A stretch of DNA of 64,000 nt from Candidatus Oxydemutatoraceae bacterium (GCA_965218975.1 OZ244717.1:1568001-1632000), one strand, 5' to 3'. Shown: positions 33,466 through 43,933, counted from the first letter of the stretch. Program-made: numbers and translations. The notes: a model not told the origin generated them from the letters alone.

Positions 33466-33675
33466 CTACTTCTTTATTTGGTGGTTATTTTGTTCTGCCG
33501 CAATATCAACAAGCAAAGACCAGTCTTCCGGTTTCAGGTTGCCAGCAACTATTTTTTGCTGTAGATGTTTACGCCTGGTTTCACTAATAAGGTTTTTCCC
33601 GACCAGTTCATTGATAATTTCTTCAGCAAGCTTAGTTTGTGGTTGCAGTTTTTCGTTTTGGCTCGACATAGTCAC
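33466..33675 (-). CDS. Small hypothetical protein (69 aa) coupled to the ATPase
   Basis: GAGGAG RBS, stop 3 bp before the ATPase start, helical amphipathic pattern with G.LK.EDW. Confidence 0.7.
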   Translation of the reverse strand: MTMSSQNEKLQPQTKLAEEIINELVGKNLISETRRKHLQQKIVAGNLKPEDWSLLVDIAAEQNNHQIKK

Positions 33676-33693
33676 TCCTCGTCTATCAACCTC

Positions 33694-34605
33694 TTAATAT
33701 GGATTATTGTTAAGCACTTCTACCAGCTTTTGTATCGCTTGTGCGCGTTTGTCCTTATTCATCCTGCCCAAGTTAAGTTGCTTCCATCGAACTGCCGGTA
33801 ATTCCTTAGCACTGGGAAATGGCGATAGATTCCAGTTGGGCTCACCTTCTTTAAAGCCAATAAGAAACGCTTTATCTCGTTCCGTCATAGCACTTAGAAT
33901 TTTGACCGGCAAAGAGGATTGCACTTCACGCAGTCGTTCCAAACTGACATCCTTTTTTGTCATCCCCAGAAACTGATTATTATAGAGATGTCCCATATCC
34001 TGGATGTTAGGAGCCAGCATTTCATGAATCGGTTTGCCTTGGCTGATTAAATAAATTAGAAAAGCATCAAGTACCTCTCTTGTTAGTCCCTCGCCTTCTT
34101 CCAAAAACAGCAAGGTATCGAATAAATCTCGTGGATGTTGCCTTTGCAAAGCTGCACATAGTTTGCCTGCATACAATTCTGTTTTTGCCATGCAGTCTAT
34201 ATTCATGCCCCTATTGAATTCTTGCTCCAATGATGGGCATAAAGGCATCCCAACTGGTGGTAGCAAGGTCTCGCGTATCACATGATTGGGTTCAATTTTT
34301 GTTAATGCCTTTTCGTTCTGCACTAGAGCATTACCGGTCTTTGGATCAATGCTCACTTTTGTATCTGGCAATAACTTTTCAATCTCCGATTTAATGGCTT
34401 CCATATTATCCCGAATATCCTGCAGCGCTTCTTCGCGGCTATTCCGTGGTAAGTAATGCAAGTCAATATCTACAGAAAGTCTGGGGCAATCCAGAACAAA
34501 AAAATTGATGGCCGTGCCTCCTTTCAGTGCAAACACTTCTGTCTGGGCAACGATAGGCAATATGTCCAGCAGCAGGCTGACTTGCCTTTGGTGCTCTTCT
34601 CTCAA
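33694..34605 (-). CDS. abiEii: AbiEii/AbiGii family nucleotidyltransferase toxin (type IV TA)
   Basis: FALKGGTAIN, RLSVDIDL, KL.AAL.RQHPRDLFD. Confidence 0.92.
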   Translation of the reverse strand: MREEHQRQVSLLLDILPIVAQTEVFALKGGTAINFFVLDCPRLSVDIDLHYLPRNSREEALQDIRDNMEAIKSEIEKLLPDTKVSIDPKTGNALVQNEKALTKIEPNHVIRETLLPPVGMPLCPSLEQEFNRGMNIDCMAKTELYAGKLCAALQRQHPRDLFDTLLFLEEGEGLTREVLDAFLIYLISQGKPIHEMLAPNIQDMGHLYNNQFLGMTKKDVSLERLREVQSSLPVKILSAMTERDKAFLIGFKEGEPNWNLSPFPSAKELPAVRWKQLNLGRMNKDKRAQAIQKLVEVLNNNPY

Positions 34606-35399
34606 GAACCCACCCGCCAGTTCTCGGGTACTGTTATGCCAAATTCTGGATGCAGCAAGCCCCCGTTAACAATACTACGTTTACCTGTACCAAGATTGAC
34701 AGACTCCAAGTTTAGGTCGTTGTACCATTTGTGGCCGACAGTACTGGCTAACACTAAGAACAGCCGCTTGGCTTTTACCGATCTGCAAGCCTGGAGCGTG
34801 CTTTGCAGAAGCTGAACGCGCAAAGTCGTCAACCCCTCCATCAATTGCCAAGCTTCCTCAAAATCCGCGTATTTTGGCAATAAAAAGCAATACTCCAGCA
34901 TAGCTCGCTCAGGCGAACTAATCTTCAGCAATAATTTTTCAGTATGCCAATTAACCAAACTAGTGAAGGCTGGTCTGAATAACGCACTACCATTAAGTAC
35001 GCGCAGACTTGTGGCAAATGATTGGCGTCTAAACCAAAATGGTAATTTTTTATTTGATTCCACACTTAGCTGTAGAATCGGATTAGCCCCGACTTGCAGG
35101 TAATGCGCGCGCCCTTGGAGTTCTAATGCCGTCCGTGCCGCGGGGTAGACCATCAACTGCCGTTGCTGCAGAGCATAGATGGAACCTGCCAAAGTAGCCT
35201 CTGTACCAGCCCGTATCCAAGCTCCCCTACCCAAAGGCTCCAACCAACCGCTATTTTTATAGCGTTGTAGCAATTGGGGAGAAACATGCTGTGAATTAAG
35301 CCATCCACTGGTCATCGGTACCCCAGTAGGACATTTTGTCAGCAAACGGTTAATTTTGGTTACCGACAGCCTTTTATCCTGTGTTCGTGCAAAACTCAT
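34602..35399 (-). CDS. abiEi: AbiEi family antitoxin (type IV TA)
   Basis: wHTH-like N-terminus (SGWL..LGRG), TALELQG.AHY, SSPERAMLE, C.SVK.KRLFL; 4-bp overlap with the toxin gene. Confidence 0.9.
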   Translation of the reverse strand: MSFARTQDKRLSVTKINRLLTKCPTGVPMTSGWLNSQHVSPQLLQRYKNSGWLEPLGRGAWIRAGTEATLAGSIYALQQRQLMVYPAARTALELQGRAHYLQVGANPILQLSVESNKKLPFWFRRQSFATSLRVLNGSALFRPAFTSLVNWHTEKLLLKISSPERAMLEYCFLLPKYADFEEAWQLMEGLTTLRVQLLQSTLQACRSVKAKRLFLVLASTVGHKWYNDLNLESVNLGTGKRSIVNGGLLHPEFGITVPENWRVGS

Positions 35400-35528
35400 T
35401 TCAAATTGCCCAGGTTCACATATAACGTAACTATCTAGTTTGAAATCTTAATAGCAGATAAATAAATAGTATATCTATAGGTGATACCAGGCAACTAATT
35501 ATTTAATTATTTTCTCATAAATAAATAT

Positions 35529-35560
35529 ATAGTTTATTTATTATATATTATTTAAACTAT
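35529..35560. promoter_or_regulatory. Putative AbiEi operator inverted repeat
   Basis: atagttta-N16-taaactat in the very AT-rich region upstream of abiEi. Confidence 0.45.
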
Positions 35561-35566
35561 CAAAAA

Positions 35567-38401
35567 TCAGGCAACTTCCCAAAATATGTTAAATAGCTGT
35601 TCTTCATTGACTTTTTGCTCTAGTTTGGCTTCAAGGTCACTAATCAATTCCTCACGGGAACTATCTACTGCATCTTGTTTATCAAACAGTTCGTGACGCT
35701 TTCTACTACGCAGTTTCTCAAGCTCGCGCTGCTGTTTCTGCCATTGCAGTTTTTCATTCAGCCCTGGAGCCGCCTTAGCAGTACGGCGGATTTCTCTTAT
35801 TTCTTTATCTAGCTCTTTAATTTCCTGTTCAAGCCCTACTTTTAAGTCATCTGCCCACGCATCGATCTTTTCAACCTCTGTCTCAAAATATTTAAGATTG
35901 CGCTCATTTATCTCTTTTAGTATGCCGGTTTTCCGATGGCCTAATTCATCAACTAAAGCTGGTAGATAGTTGACTTGAGTTTTGTTACTCCAGAAAACAG
36001 GAAAGCCTAGCATCTTTTCCAATACCTCCTGAGGGAGTAATTCACCTTTATCTGTCTGACCGCAGAGCACAACATAGTCTTCTGCTCGCTCAAGAGACTC
36101 TACGGTTATCAGGTGCGCAGCCAATTGACCAGATTGTCCCCGTAATTTCTTGATGACTGCCGCTTGAGTGTCTGTCGCACTGTAGTCAAAAGTTAGCTTT
36201 GCAGTGGAAAGCTCCCTCTCCTTTGCTTGCTGAATCAACCATTGTGCCAAAGGATGGCCTAGTCGATAGATATGGGTTTCTCCTTCCCGCCGTGGCAACT
36301 CATACTCACCTAGCGATATATCTGCTGGTGCATTTACAGGCAGGCTTCCAAGAACAAAGCCACCATTTACCTCTGTAATTGAATCATCAAGCTCACCCTT
36401 AGTTAGCTTTAGAAGCATTTTTTCATAGCGGTCCAATGAGGCGGTGCTGTCTATCTTGATTTTCTGCAGTACATCTTCATCAAAATGTTCAAACAGTCGC
36501 TTTTGTGTATTAACCATCTGCGCACTAACTTTGTGGGCCAACTCGAGTTGTAATTGCTCAAAAGCCATGATGATTTGTTTGGGTTTCCGGCAGGTCTGAT
36601 AAATGTCCTTAATGCGCTTTTCAAAGTTGACCCCACTTTCAATAGCACCTAGCACTTCATCCGATGCGCCAAATACCCCGTCAAACAGTCTGAATTTTTG
36701 CTCTAACAGCTCATAAACTCTTCGGTCTGCTTCATTAGTCAGGTCAATAAAGTTGAGCACGACAACATCGTGCTTTTGCCCGTAGCGGTGACACCGACCA
36801 ATGCGCTGTTCAATCCGTTGTGGATTCCAAGGCAAGTCATAGTTAATCACTAGTGAGCAAAATTGTAGATTGACTCCCTCAGCGGCAGCCTCTGTGGCTA
36901 TCATGATTCGCCCATAATCGCGGAAATACTCAACCAAAGCAGCGCGAGTATCCGCTGTTTGGGAACCAGTGACTTTGTCTGAGTCTTGATGGTGAGTCAG
37001 CCAGTCTTTGTATATTTGTTTTGCTAACTGATCACTATTCGTTCCATTAAACAGTACAATACCGTCTCGATATTCGCTATCACTCAACAGCCGCAATAAA
37101 TAATCTTGGGTTTTACGGGATTCGGTAAAAATAATAGCTTTCTCATTAGCATTTAGCTCTTCCAGTTTCTCAAAGCCGATTTTTAATGCCTTGAATAAAG
37201 CATTGCCTTTACTGTTATGGCGAATATTTTCAGCTAACTCCTTGAAGCCTTTAAGTTCTTCAATTTCTGCCTGTATAGATTCACGTTTTTGTTGTGAGAT
37301 AGCAGGCTGCTCTTCCCATTCCTCAGACGTTTCACTCAAGGCTTCATAGTCCGCCTGAATTTCATCAATAGTTTGTCGATCGTCCAAATCCTGATCTTCG
37401 AGGCTACGCTCTAACCTTGTGATAATTGACCCTAGTGCACCTGCAATAGCAAAAGACGACGACGCCAAAAGCTTCCACATTACCATTGAAATCAGTTGGC
37501 GTTGCCCGGCAGGCAAAGCATTGAGTTCCGGACGACGAAGGTAATCTGATACCAAACTGTAAAGTCGCTGCTCGTCGCTGTTTGGAGTAAATTTTTGCAC
37601 CAATGGAATACGCTTGGTATAGGAAACATAAGCCTGCACCTGTTCCCTTAAAGTACGTTTGCACACTGGAGCAATTCTGTGCTTTAATCTAGCAAAGGAG
37701 TAAGTCTCGTTGACTCGCCCATACTGTATCCTGAAACTATTTATATCACCAAAAATTTTATTATCGAGAACACTGACTAAGCCATATAGTTCCAACAATG
37801 TGTTCTGTAACGGTGTGGCAGTTAGTAAAATCTTATCTACGGCTGATAACGCTTCCTTGATTGCCTTGGCGATCTTGTTACTTTTTTTATACACATTACG
37901 TAACCGATGCGCTTCGTCAATCACTGCTAAATCCCAAGGTACCATTTTCACATCATTTGCCTTAGTTTTAGCAAATTGGTAAGAGCAGATAATCAGCCCT
38001 TCACCAACATCAAAGGGGGTTCTTATTCCCTCTTTCTTGGCTTTGTTATAATTTGCGGACTCAAGAACCCTACCATCAATACCAAACTTATCCTGCATCT
38101 CCTGATGCCACTGTTTTCTAAGATTAGCTGGTACGATTACTAAAATGCGGCGTTTATACTCAGCCCACTTTTGAGCAATAACTAAACCAGCTTCAATTGT
38201 CTTACCCAAACCAACTTCGTCGGCAAGCAACACCCCTTTGTTTAGAGGACTTTTGAAGGCGAATAGTGCCGCATCAACCTGGTGAGGATTAAGATCAATT
38301 TGAGCGTCCATAATCGCACCAGTCAGCTTGTCCTGATCGTCAGATGAAAGACGGCGAGTGAGTTGCCATGCAAAATATTGTGTTTGGTAATGCGTATACA
38401 A
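35567..38401 (-). CDS. SNF2-family helicase with C-terminal coiled coil
   Basis: LLADEVGLGKT, IDEAH, LTATPLQN, YDLPWNP..IEQRIGRCHRYGQ. Confidence 0.93.
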   Translation of the reverse strand: MYTHYQTQYFAWQLTRRLSSDDQDKLTGAIMDAQIDLNPHQVDAALFAFKSPLNKGVLLADEVGLGKTIEAGLVIAQKWAEYKRRILVIVPANLRKQWHQEMQDKFGIDGRVLESANYNKAKKEGIRTPFDVGEGLIICSYQFAKTKANDVKMVPWDLAVIDEAHRLRNVYKKSNKIAKAIKEALSAVDKILLTATPLQNTLLELYGLVSVLDNKIFGDINSFRIQYGRVNETYSFARLKHRIAPVCKRTLREQVQAYVSYTKRIPLVQKFTPNSDEQRLYSLVSDYLRRPELNALPAGQRQLISMVMWKLLASSSFAIAGALGSIITRLERSLEDQDLDDRQTIDEIQADYEALSETSEEWEEQPAISQQKRESIQAEIEELKGFKELAENIRHNSKGNALFKALKIGFEKLEELNANEKAIIFTESRKTQDYLLRLLSDSEYRDGIVLFNGTNSDQLAKQIYKDWLTHHQDSDKVTGSQTADTRAALVEYFRDYGRIMIATEAAAEGVNLQFCSLVINYDLPWNPQRIEQRIGRCHRYGQKHDVVVLNFIDLTNEADRRVYELLEQKFRLFDGVFGASDEVLGAIESGVNFEKRIKDIYQTCRKPKQIIMAFEQLQLELAHKVSAQMVNTQKRLFEHFDEDVLQKIKIDSTASLDRYEKMLLKLTKGELDDSITEVNGGFVLGSLPVNAPADISLGEYELPRREGETHIYRLGHPLAQWLIQQAKERELSTAKLTFDYSATDTQAAVIKKLRGQSGQLAAHLITVESLERAEDYVVLCGQTDKGELLPQEVLEKMLGFPVFWSNKTQVNYLPALVDELGHRKTGILKEINERNLKYFETEVEKIDAWADDLKVGLEQEIKELDKEIREIRRTAKAAPGLNEKLQWQKQQRELEKLRSRKRHELFDKQDAVDSSREELISDLEAKLEQKVNEEQLFNIFWEVA

Positions 38402-38744
38402 TTTATTTACTTTGTTAGTCGTTATACCGCTTTGTCTTGTAGCTATCTGTTGAAATTAGCTGAGTCAGCTTAATACGGACAAGAAGCCTTTCTCTCCTAA
38501 CCTGCTGTTAGCGCCTTGATACCTATCAGTTTTCTCAAATATTCTGATGCTGCTTGTCGTCTAGCAGCTTGGTTGGTGTAGTCTTTAGCGGATTGAAAAT
38601 TTCAACAAATTTGAGTACAAATTCAGACTGGTCAAACGGCTTGTTTACCAGATCACTTAACTTTATTTCAATTACAGCAATATTCATTTTAAAACTTACG
38701 GCCCTGCCTAATACTTAACTTCATCAAAAAACCACTACCTATAA

Positions 38745-39348
38745 TCACGAAAACACCAACGGATGCTGCTTATACTCTATGCTGTCTTTTAGTGATATTG
38801 GTGTAGATTTCCTCCTGTAGCCACCCGATACAGTTCGAACTACAATTTCCCCACTGTTCATTGACTTTTGAAGAGCTGACTTAATTTGAGCTTCTGATGC
38901 AGGTGTAAAGCTACCAATAAGGTCTGTCAATTCAGAAAAAGTGACTGGGCTATCATACTCACAAAGCAGCTTCGGAATATCTTCTGACAATTGATTAATA
39001 CAGTGAACCTGAGCATCCTTACCAAAATCAAAACTCTCAGTGAAATCAAGGCTGAATTGCCCGGGAGTCTCTACAGCCTTATAACCCAATGCAAAAATAC
39101 CTTTATCTAGATGATGGGAAAGGAGAACCTTTCACTTCAGTGCCGGTTATAATATTGTTATAGCAGCCACCACCAGCAAAACCATTGACTATCGTCAATG
39201 GGAGCGACTCAACAGTCGCCTTACTCATATAAACCTCTATATAACATTTAATATAGTCTGTTATAAGTGAATGCTTAATTTGACTATGCTCGTCCAGATC
39301 AGGAAGTGAACGACCAATTTCCCATTGATATTTATCTTTCTTAGACAC
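38745..39348 (-). pseudogene. Three-Cys-motif partner protein (TcmP-like), internally deleted and split
   Basis: N fragment (HS..KH..Y...GFAGGG.Y...GSPF) and C fragment in separate short ORFs, directly downstream of the DUF5131 gene. Confidence 0.68.
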
Positions 39349-39374
39349 AAAACAACCTTATTGCTTCAGCACGC

Positions 39375-40115
39375 TTAAACGGCAACAACTGGAATCATAT
39401 CCCAGGTCTTTCCTTGAAGTTCTCTGCCATTTGCGACTTTGGACCTTCTCTTGCCATCGGCCCCCCATGTCCCCCATTGTTTAAAGAAAAAATCGACACC
39501 TGCTGAATGACATTGATCACGTATCGACAAAGCCCATTTTTCTTCCATGGGCCTCGCTCTTGAACCAGATTCCCCGCCAACGATTACCCAATGTATTCCT
39601 TTCAGCCGTACCCGACCAATGTCTTCAAGTAAAGGTTCAATTGATAAAAATCGCGTTTTAGCTTTTATCGCCTGCAAATGAATGATTCTTGGCTTGCCGT
39701 ACTTTTTATCTTCCACAGAAACACCCAGCCATGCATTATCCGGCACCCTTCTTTCTATGAAATATTCGCGCATCCTTTCAGCGCGCTTCGTCAAAATCTG
39801 GTAACTATGCCGAGGTGTGGCTCGTATGGTTTCCATTATGCGGTCTATAAAGCTAAATGGAACCTTTTCGTGAAACAAATCACTCATTGAATTAACGAAA
39901 TACATCGTCGGTTTTTTTCTATGTATTGGTTGCTGCAACCGTTCGGGCAATAGAGTCAGCTTAAAACCGTTTTCATAGCCCATCACACCCATAGCTTGAA
40001 GCCTTTTAGCCATAGTTTCGGCATAACAATGCTTACAACCAGACGAAACCTTTGTACAGCCGGTAATAGGATTCCAAGTTTGTTCTGTCCATTCTATTTT
40101 GCTATTCGTTGCCAT
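39375..40115 (-). CDS. DUF5131 (phage Gp37/Gp68-like, three-Cys motif) protein
   Basis: SKIEWT..TWNP.TGC.KVS.GC.HCYA, FVNSMSDLFH, WVIVGGESG, FFFKQWG. Confidence 0.92.
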   Translation of the reverse strand: MATNSKIEWTEQTWNPITGCTKVSSGCKHCYAETMAKRLQAMGVMGYENGFKLTLLPERLQQPIHRKKPTMYFVNSMSDLFHEKVPFSFIDRIMETIRATPRHSYQILTKRAERMREYFIERRVPDNAWLGVSVEDKKYGKPRIIHLQAIKAKTRFLSIEPLLEDIGRVRLKGIHWVIVGGESGSRARPMEEKWALSIRDQCHSAGVDFFFKQWGTWGADGKRRSKVANGRELQGKTWDMIPVVAV

Positions 40116-40573
40116 ATTCGTACCCCAGCATTTTTTTTAAATCTAACTAAGCGCCAAAATCATAGCTCCAACACCCCATTCTACTGAATGTATCTCATCC
40201 GATTTCCATTTGTGTATCTCTTTAATCTTAAAATTAGATTTTACTTTTAATCTTATTCAGTCTGAAGCGGGTCCCATCAATTGGACAGTAAAATCCGTTT
40301 CTTAAATGAACTCCACTGCCATCGGTTACGCCATCAAGGAAAGTCCTGATAGTAGATTGTAGTAAACTTAGTCTAGTGTCCTTCGGTCAAGACTGGTATG
40401 ACGTCGGCGTCGGTTAAAAATCTTCATAACTTGGCAAAACGCCAATTTGCGGACAACATACTAAGGCGATGACCAAGTAGTGCATAATTTACCGAAACAA
40501 CTAATAGAGGGAAGTTAATCGATGTCTTCTAAAAAAATGTTCCAAAAAAACTAAATCACCCTATTTTTTGTTC

Positions 40574-40936
40574 CTATTGCGTTTGTAGCCGCGGCTTTCT
40601 TTTCTTGAGGATATCAGGCTGGATCCCTATATCTAATCGGATCCCTAATATAAACATTCTCTGTCGGGCCTGAGGTACACCATATTTCCCTGCTTTTACA
40701 ATAAAAGATTTTAGATCAATACTTTCTCTAATTTCTCCTGAACAAGAAAGCGAATGTAATTGGTACTTCAAACCATTATTGTTTCTTTTAATCGCCCAGA
40801 TTGGCTTGGAAAGATCTTTAACCATTTTGTCGATTACCGGCTCACCATCTACCTGAGTCAACAGTAGCCCTTTGACATTTTCCATAACGAATACAGGTGG
40901 CCTACTTCCAAGACGAAGACACTCTTCATGAAGCAT
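40574..40936 (-). pseudogene. C5-cytosine DNA methyltransferase fragment
   Basis: FVMENVKGLL (motif VI) and YGVPQARQRMFILG (motif VIII) only; motifs I and IV absent. Confidence 0.75.
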
Positions 40937-41274
40937 TACGAATAAAAGAGGCTTACTGGAAGTATTAGCAAGAGTGGCGTTTAACCTTAGAATTGAGAAA
41001 TACCGTTGGTACAGGGCAAATTGATCAAACTGAACATTCGATCAACTTATGTCCAATTCCAAACGAAGCAGTGAAAGAAGTATATTACACGGAGCGAACA
41101 GCATCGCTGGATCTAGAAATAATAGAAGAAAGATTGAGTAATCCAAGCAATTGATTTAGAGCAAAAACACCCCTGAAGTTAGCTCCAGCGTCGGACGAAT
41201 ACGGATACGAAATTATGAAGACCCAGATTAACCTTAGCTAGCGAATAATCCAAAGTGATCAAGGAGAAACCAAC

Positions 41275-41520
41275 ATGACAAACGAAGAAATTGCAGCATT
41301 CGTGCTCGTGGTACACGTGCGCAACGTGGCACTAGAGAAGGTGCCGGATGAAGCAGTTGATCTGAACGATTGTTTAAGTGACAACCTCCCGGTTAAGGAA
41401 TGGCAAGAACTATACGCCGTAGCACTGAAAAATGCTGAGCGCTTTAATGAAGACGCCTATTCTGCTTCAGTCCTACGAGTGCATAAGGTACAGCCCCATA
41501 TTGCTTCTGCTGCACTCTGA
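41275..41520 (+). CDS. Hypothetical protein (81 aa)
   Basis: AAGGAG RBS before the ATG; no recognisable motif. Confidence 0.45.
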   Translation: MTNEEIAAFVLVVHVRNVALEKVPDEAVDLNDCLSDNLPVKEWQELYAVALKNAERFNEDAYSASVLRVHKVQPHIASAAL

Positions 41521-41710
41521 AGCTGTATTGAGTAAGCAAACTGGTAACAAATGAAGGCAACCCTGATGAACTGCTCACCTGACCAGCCAAGATGCCGGTT
41601 CGATTGAGGATAAATGGTAAATACTTTCCCTGTTCTTAGTAATACAGAAAGTAATACTTTGCTATCTTTAAAACTTTGAATATTCCCCTAAATCAAGTAG
41701 ATAGACTACA

Positions 41711-41757
41711 GGTTCGATTCCCGCCGCCCCTTCCTATAAAGTCCGATAGCGTTTAAA
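41711..41757 (+). repeat. attR (displaced ssrA 3' fragment, 14 bp shorter than attL)
   Basis: ggttcgattcccgccgcc-c-cttcctataaagtccgatagcgt. Confidence 0.88.
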
Positions 41758-41997
41758 CCACACATCAAGCGACTTCACAATATTGCTTCGTGTGTAACCA
41801 AACCATCCTTCAATCTCGCCTCCTGCACAACCAAGTATCGCCAAATTTTGCTTCTCCTTAAAAAATTATTCCACATCAAAATTGGTGAGCGAAACGGTTT
41901 AAAGGCTTGTCTTTCTCAGAAGAGAATTTTCACAACCCCGTATAAATTTCATCAAAAGTATTATCACCACATTCTAGAATAGCCATGAATCAATGCT

Positions 41998-42732
41998 TCA
42001 TAAACGCTTTATATGAAATAACAATTTTCTTATCCAAATACTTACATACATTCTTTTAATCAAACGAATTTTTTCAAAAATAGTTTGCGCAGGACGCTTT
42101 GCACTGACAGGAACATACCAGCAATTCTGCCTTGTACGTTTTACTAAAACATAACCGTGCTTTTTTAAATACCTATGCTTAGTCAAATGTAAATGTTTAT
42201 CCTCTAACAAAATCAACTTCGGCTTATAGTGTTCTAAATCAAATCCTCGCAGTACCTCTAGCTCAGCCCCTTCCACATCTATAGAGAGTAAATCAATCTG
42301 TTCAATATTGGCATCTAGCAAAATTGAGTTCAGTGTTCTGGCCCTTACAGTGATCTTTTTATGAAAACGAAAGTGCCCATCATCAATATTTTTCCTAATC
42401 GCGGATCTGGAGAAAAGATCAACTCCTTCTTTAGAGTTTCTAGGTATGAACAATGAAACTGTGCCGGTGTCCTCCGAGTCTATACATGTGCATTCGAAAA
42501 CCTTTGAGCCGGGTCTGTACCTCCTGCACCTTGCTGCCATTTCAGGAATAGGTTCAATCAACACACCGCGCCAACCCAAGCCATTTTCTAAGTACCAAGA
42601 CTGGGAACCAAAGCTAATCGGATCATTAGCTCCAACCTCTACAAAATAACCATTTCTTTTAAAATCAAAGTACTCTTGAATAAAAGCATTCTCGGCACTT
42701 GCCTGTAGGGATTTATCACGAATCCTAGCCAT
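41998..42732 (-). CDS. FkbM family methyltransferase
   Basis: GYFVEVGAND, GWRGVLIEP, IDLLSIDVEGAELEVLRG. Confidence 0.92.
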   Translation of the reverse strand: MARIRDKSLQASAENAFIQEYFDFKRNGYFVEVGANDPISFGSQSWYLENGLGWRGVLIEPIPEMAARCRRYRPGSKVFECTCIDSEDTGTVSLFIPRNSKEGVDLFSRSAIRKNIDDGHFRFHKKITVRARTLNSILLDANIEQIDLLSIDVEGAELEVLRGFDLEHYKPKLILLEDKHLHLTKHRYLKKHGYVLVKRTRQNCWYVPVSAKRPAQTIFEKIRLIKRMYVSIWIRKLLFHIKRL

Positions 42733-42895
42733 TGTTGATAAAAATATTAATTATGACTTTCAACAAAATATAAAAAAATACACACTGCATTCAATGTTTT
42801 TTTCATCCAAGCATTGATAATTCCGGTAACGCTTTTGTTTTAGAAAGGGTGCTGAAAGCCTCTTTCCGAGCCAATATACTATATAATGCTGCGAT

Positions 42896-43741
42896 ATGCC
42901 TATTTCTGTATCGGTAATCGTTACCACTTATAATCAGCCCCACTATCTTGAGTTGGTACTATGCGGGCTGAGTCTGCAAAAATCTCCCCCCTTAGAAATT
43001 CTTATCGCAGATGACGGATCAAACCAAGACACTGCAATTCTCGTAGAGAAGTGGCGAAAAAAAACTACCCTCTCAATCAATCATATTTGGCATGAAGATA
43101 TCGGAAACCGAAAATTAGAAATTTGCAACAAAGCTGTCGCAGAGGCAGCTGGCAATTATTTGCTATTTTTAGACGGTGACTCAATTCCGCATCCTTTTTG
43201 GGTAAACGATCACTTAAAAGCGGCAAAAAAAGGTTTTGTGCTATGCGGAAGAAGAGTAAGGCTAGGGCCGAAGATTTCTAAAGTAATTGATATCCCGTTT
43301 ATTGAGTCCGGAAAGTTGGAAAAAATTATCGGTCCGATCTTGCTGAGCGCGCTCAGCAAAGATACCAAGCGCTTTCTACTTGGGATGCGTCTGCCAAGAT
43401 GGTTGGCTAGATGTTTTCATCCGACCGAACGACGTCTTATGGGAATAAACTTTAGTTTGCATAAAAGCTTATTTGAAAGTGTTGGCGGATACTTTGGCTA
43501 TGATAAAGATTTTTATAAGTTAAAAGGGAGACCGCGGGAAGATGCACAGCTTGAAATACAGCTTCTAAAGGCAGGGGCTCGCCGGTATCCTCTCATCAAT
43601 CGGGCAGTTGTGTATCACCTATTTCACCCTGAAAGACTAGTCAATAAAGACCTTAATGAGTCAATCGAAAAAACCTACAAGTCAACTTTGCATAATAGAA
43701 AACTGAAGAAAAGCCGATCATTATTTCAACCCGAATGTTGA
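42896..43741 (+). CDS. Glycosyltransferase family 2
   Basis: SVIVTTYN, IADDGS, FLDGD, REDA, HL.H. Confidence 0.92.
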   Translation: MPISVSVIVTTYNQPHYLELVLCGLSLQKSPPLEILIADDGSNQDTAILVEKWRKKTTLSINHIWHEDIGNRKLEICNKAVAEAAGNYLLFLDGDSIPHPFWVNDHLKAAKKGFVLCGRRVRLGPKISKVIDIPFIESGKLEKIIGPILLSALSKDTKRFLLGMRLPRWLARCFHPTERRLMGINFSLHKSLFESVGGYFGYDKDFYKLKGRPREDAQLEIQLLKAGARRYPLINRAVVYHLFHPERLVNKDLNESIEKTYKSTLHNRKLKKSRSLFQPEC

Positions 43742-43933
43742 AGCAGACGCAACCTAGCCTGTCAATGAAACGAGACTCTATAAAAGAGGACAGCTTAAGC
43801 AGGTTTGTCACACCCGCACGGCTTCCTCTCCCTTGATTGTAAAAATACTATGCTTTAACACAGCCCTCTCTAATCCGGAGATAAACTCGAGAATCAAAGG
43901 TATTAACATGATTCGCCGCTACAGCATAAATAG

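Larger units (their letters stand above)
23801..41757. mobile_element. ~18-kb ssrA-integrated genomic (defence) island of P4/CP4-57 type, mobility genes decayed
   Basis: Flanking direct repeats of the ssrA 3' end, adjacent integrase, alpA, RM/TA/helicase cargo. Confidence 0.9.

Noticed and set aside
40263-40288. Possible IS3-like terminal repeat (tgaagcgggtcccatcaattggaca)
   Set aside because: No partner end or transposase nearby; resemblance only
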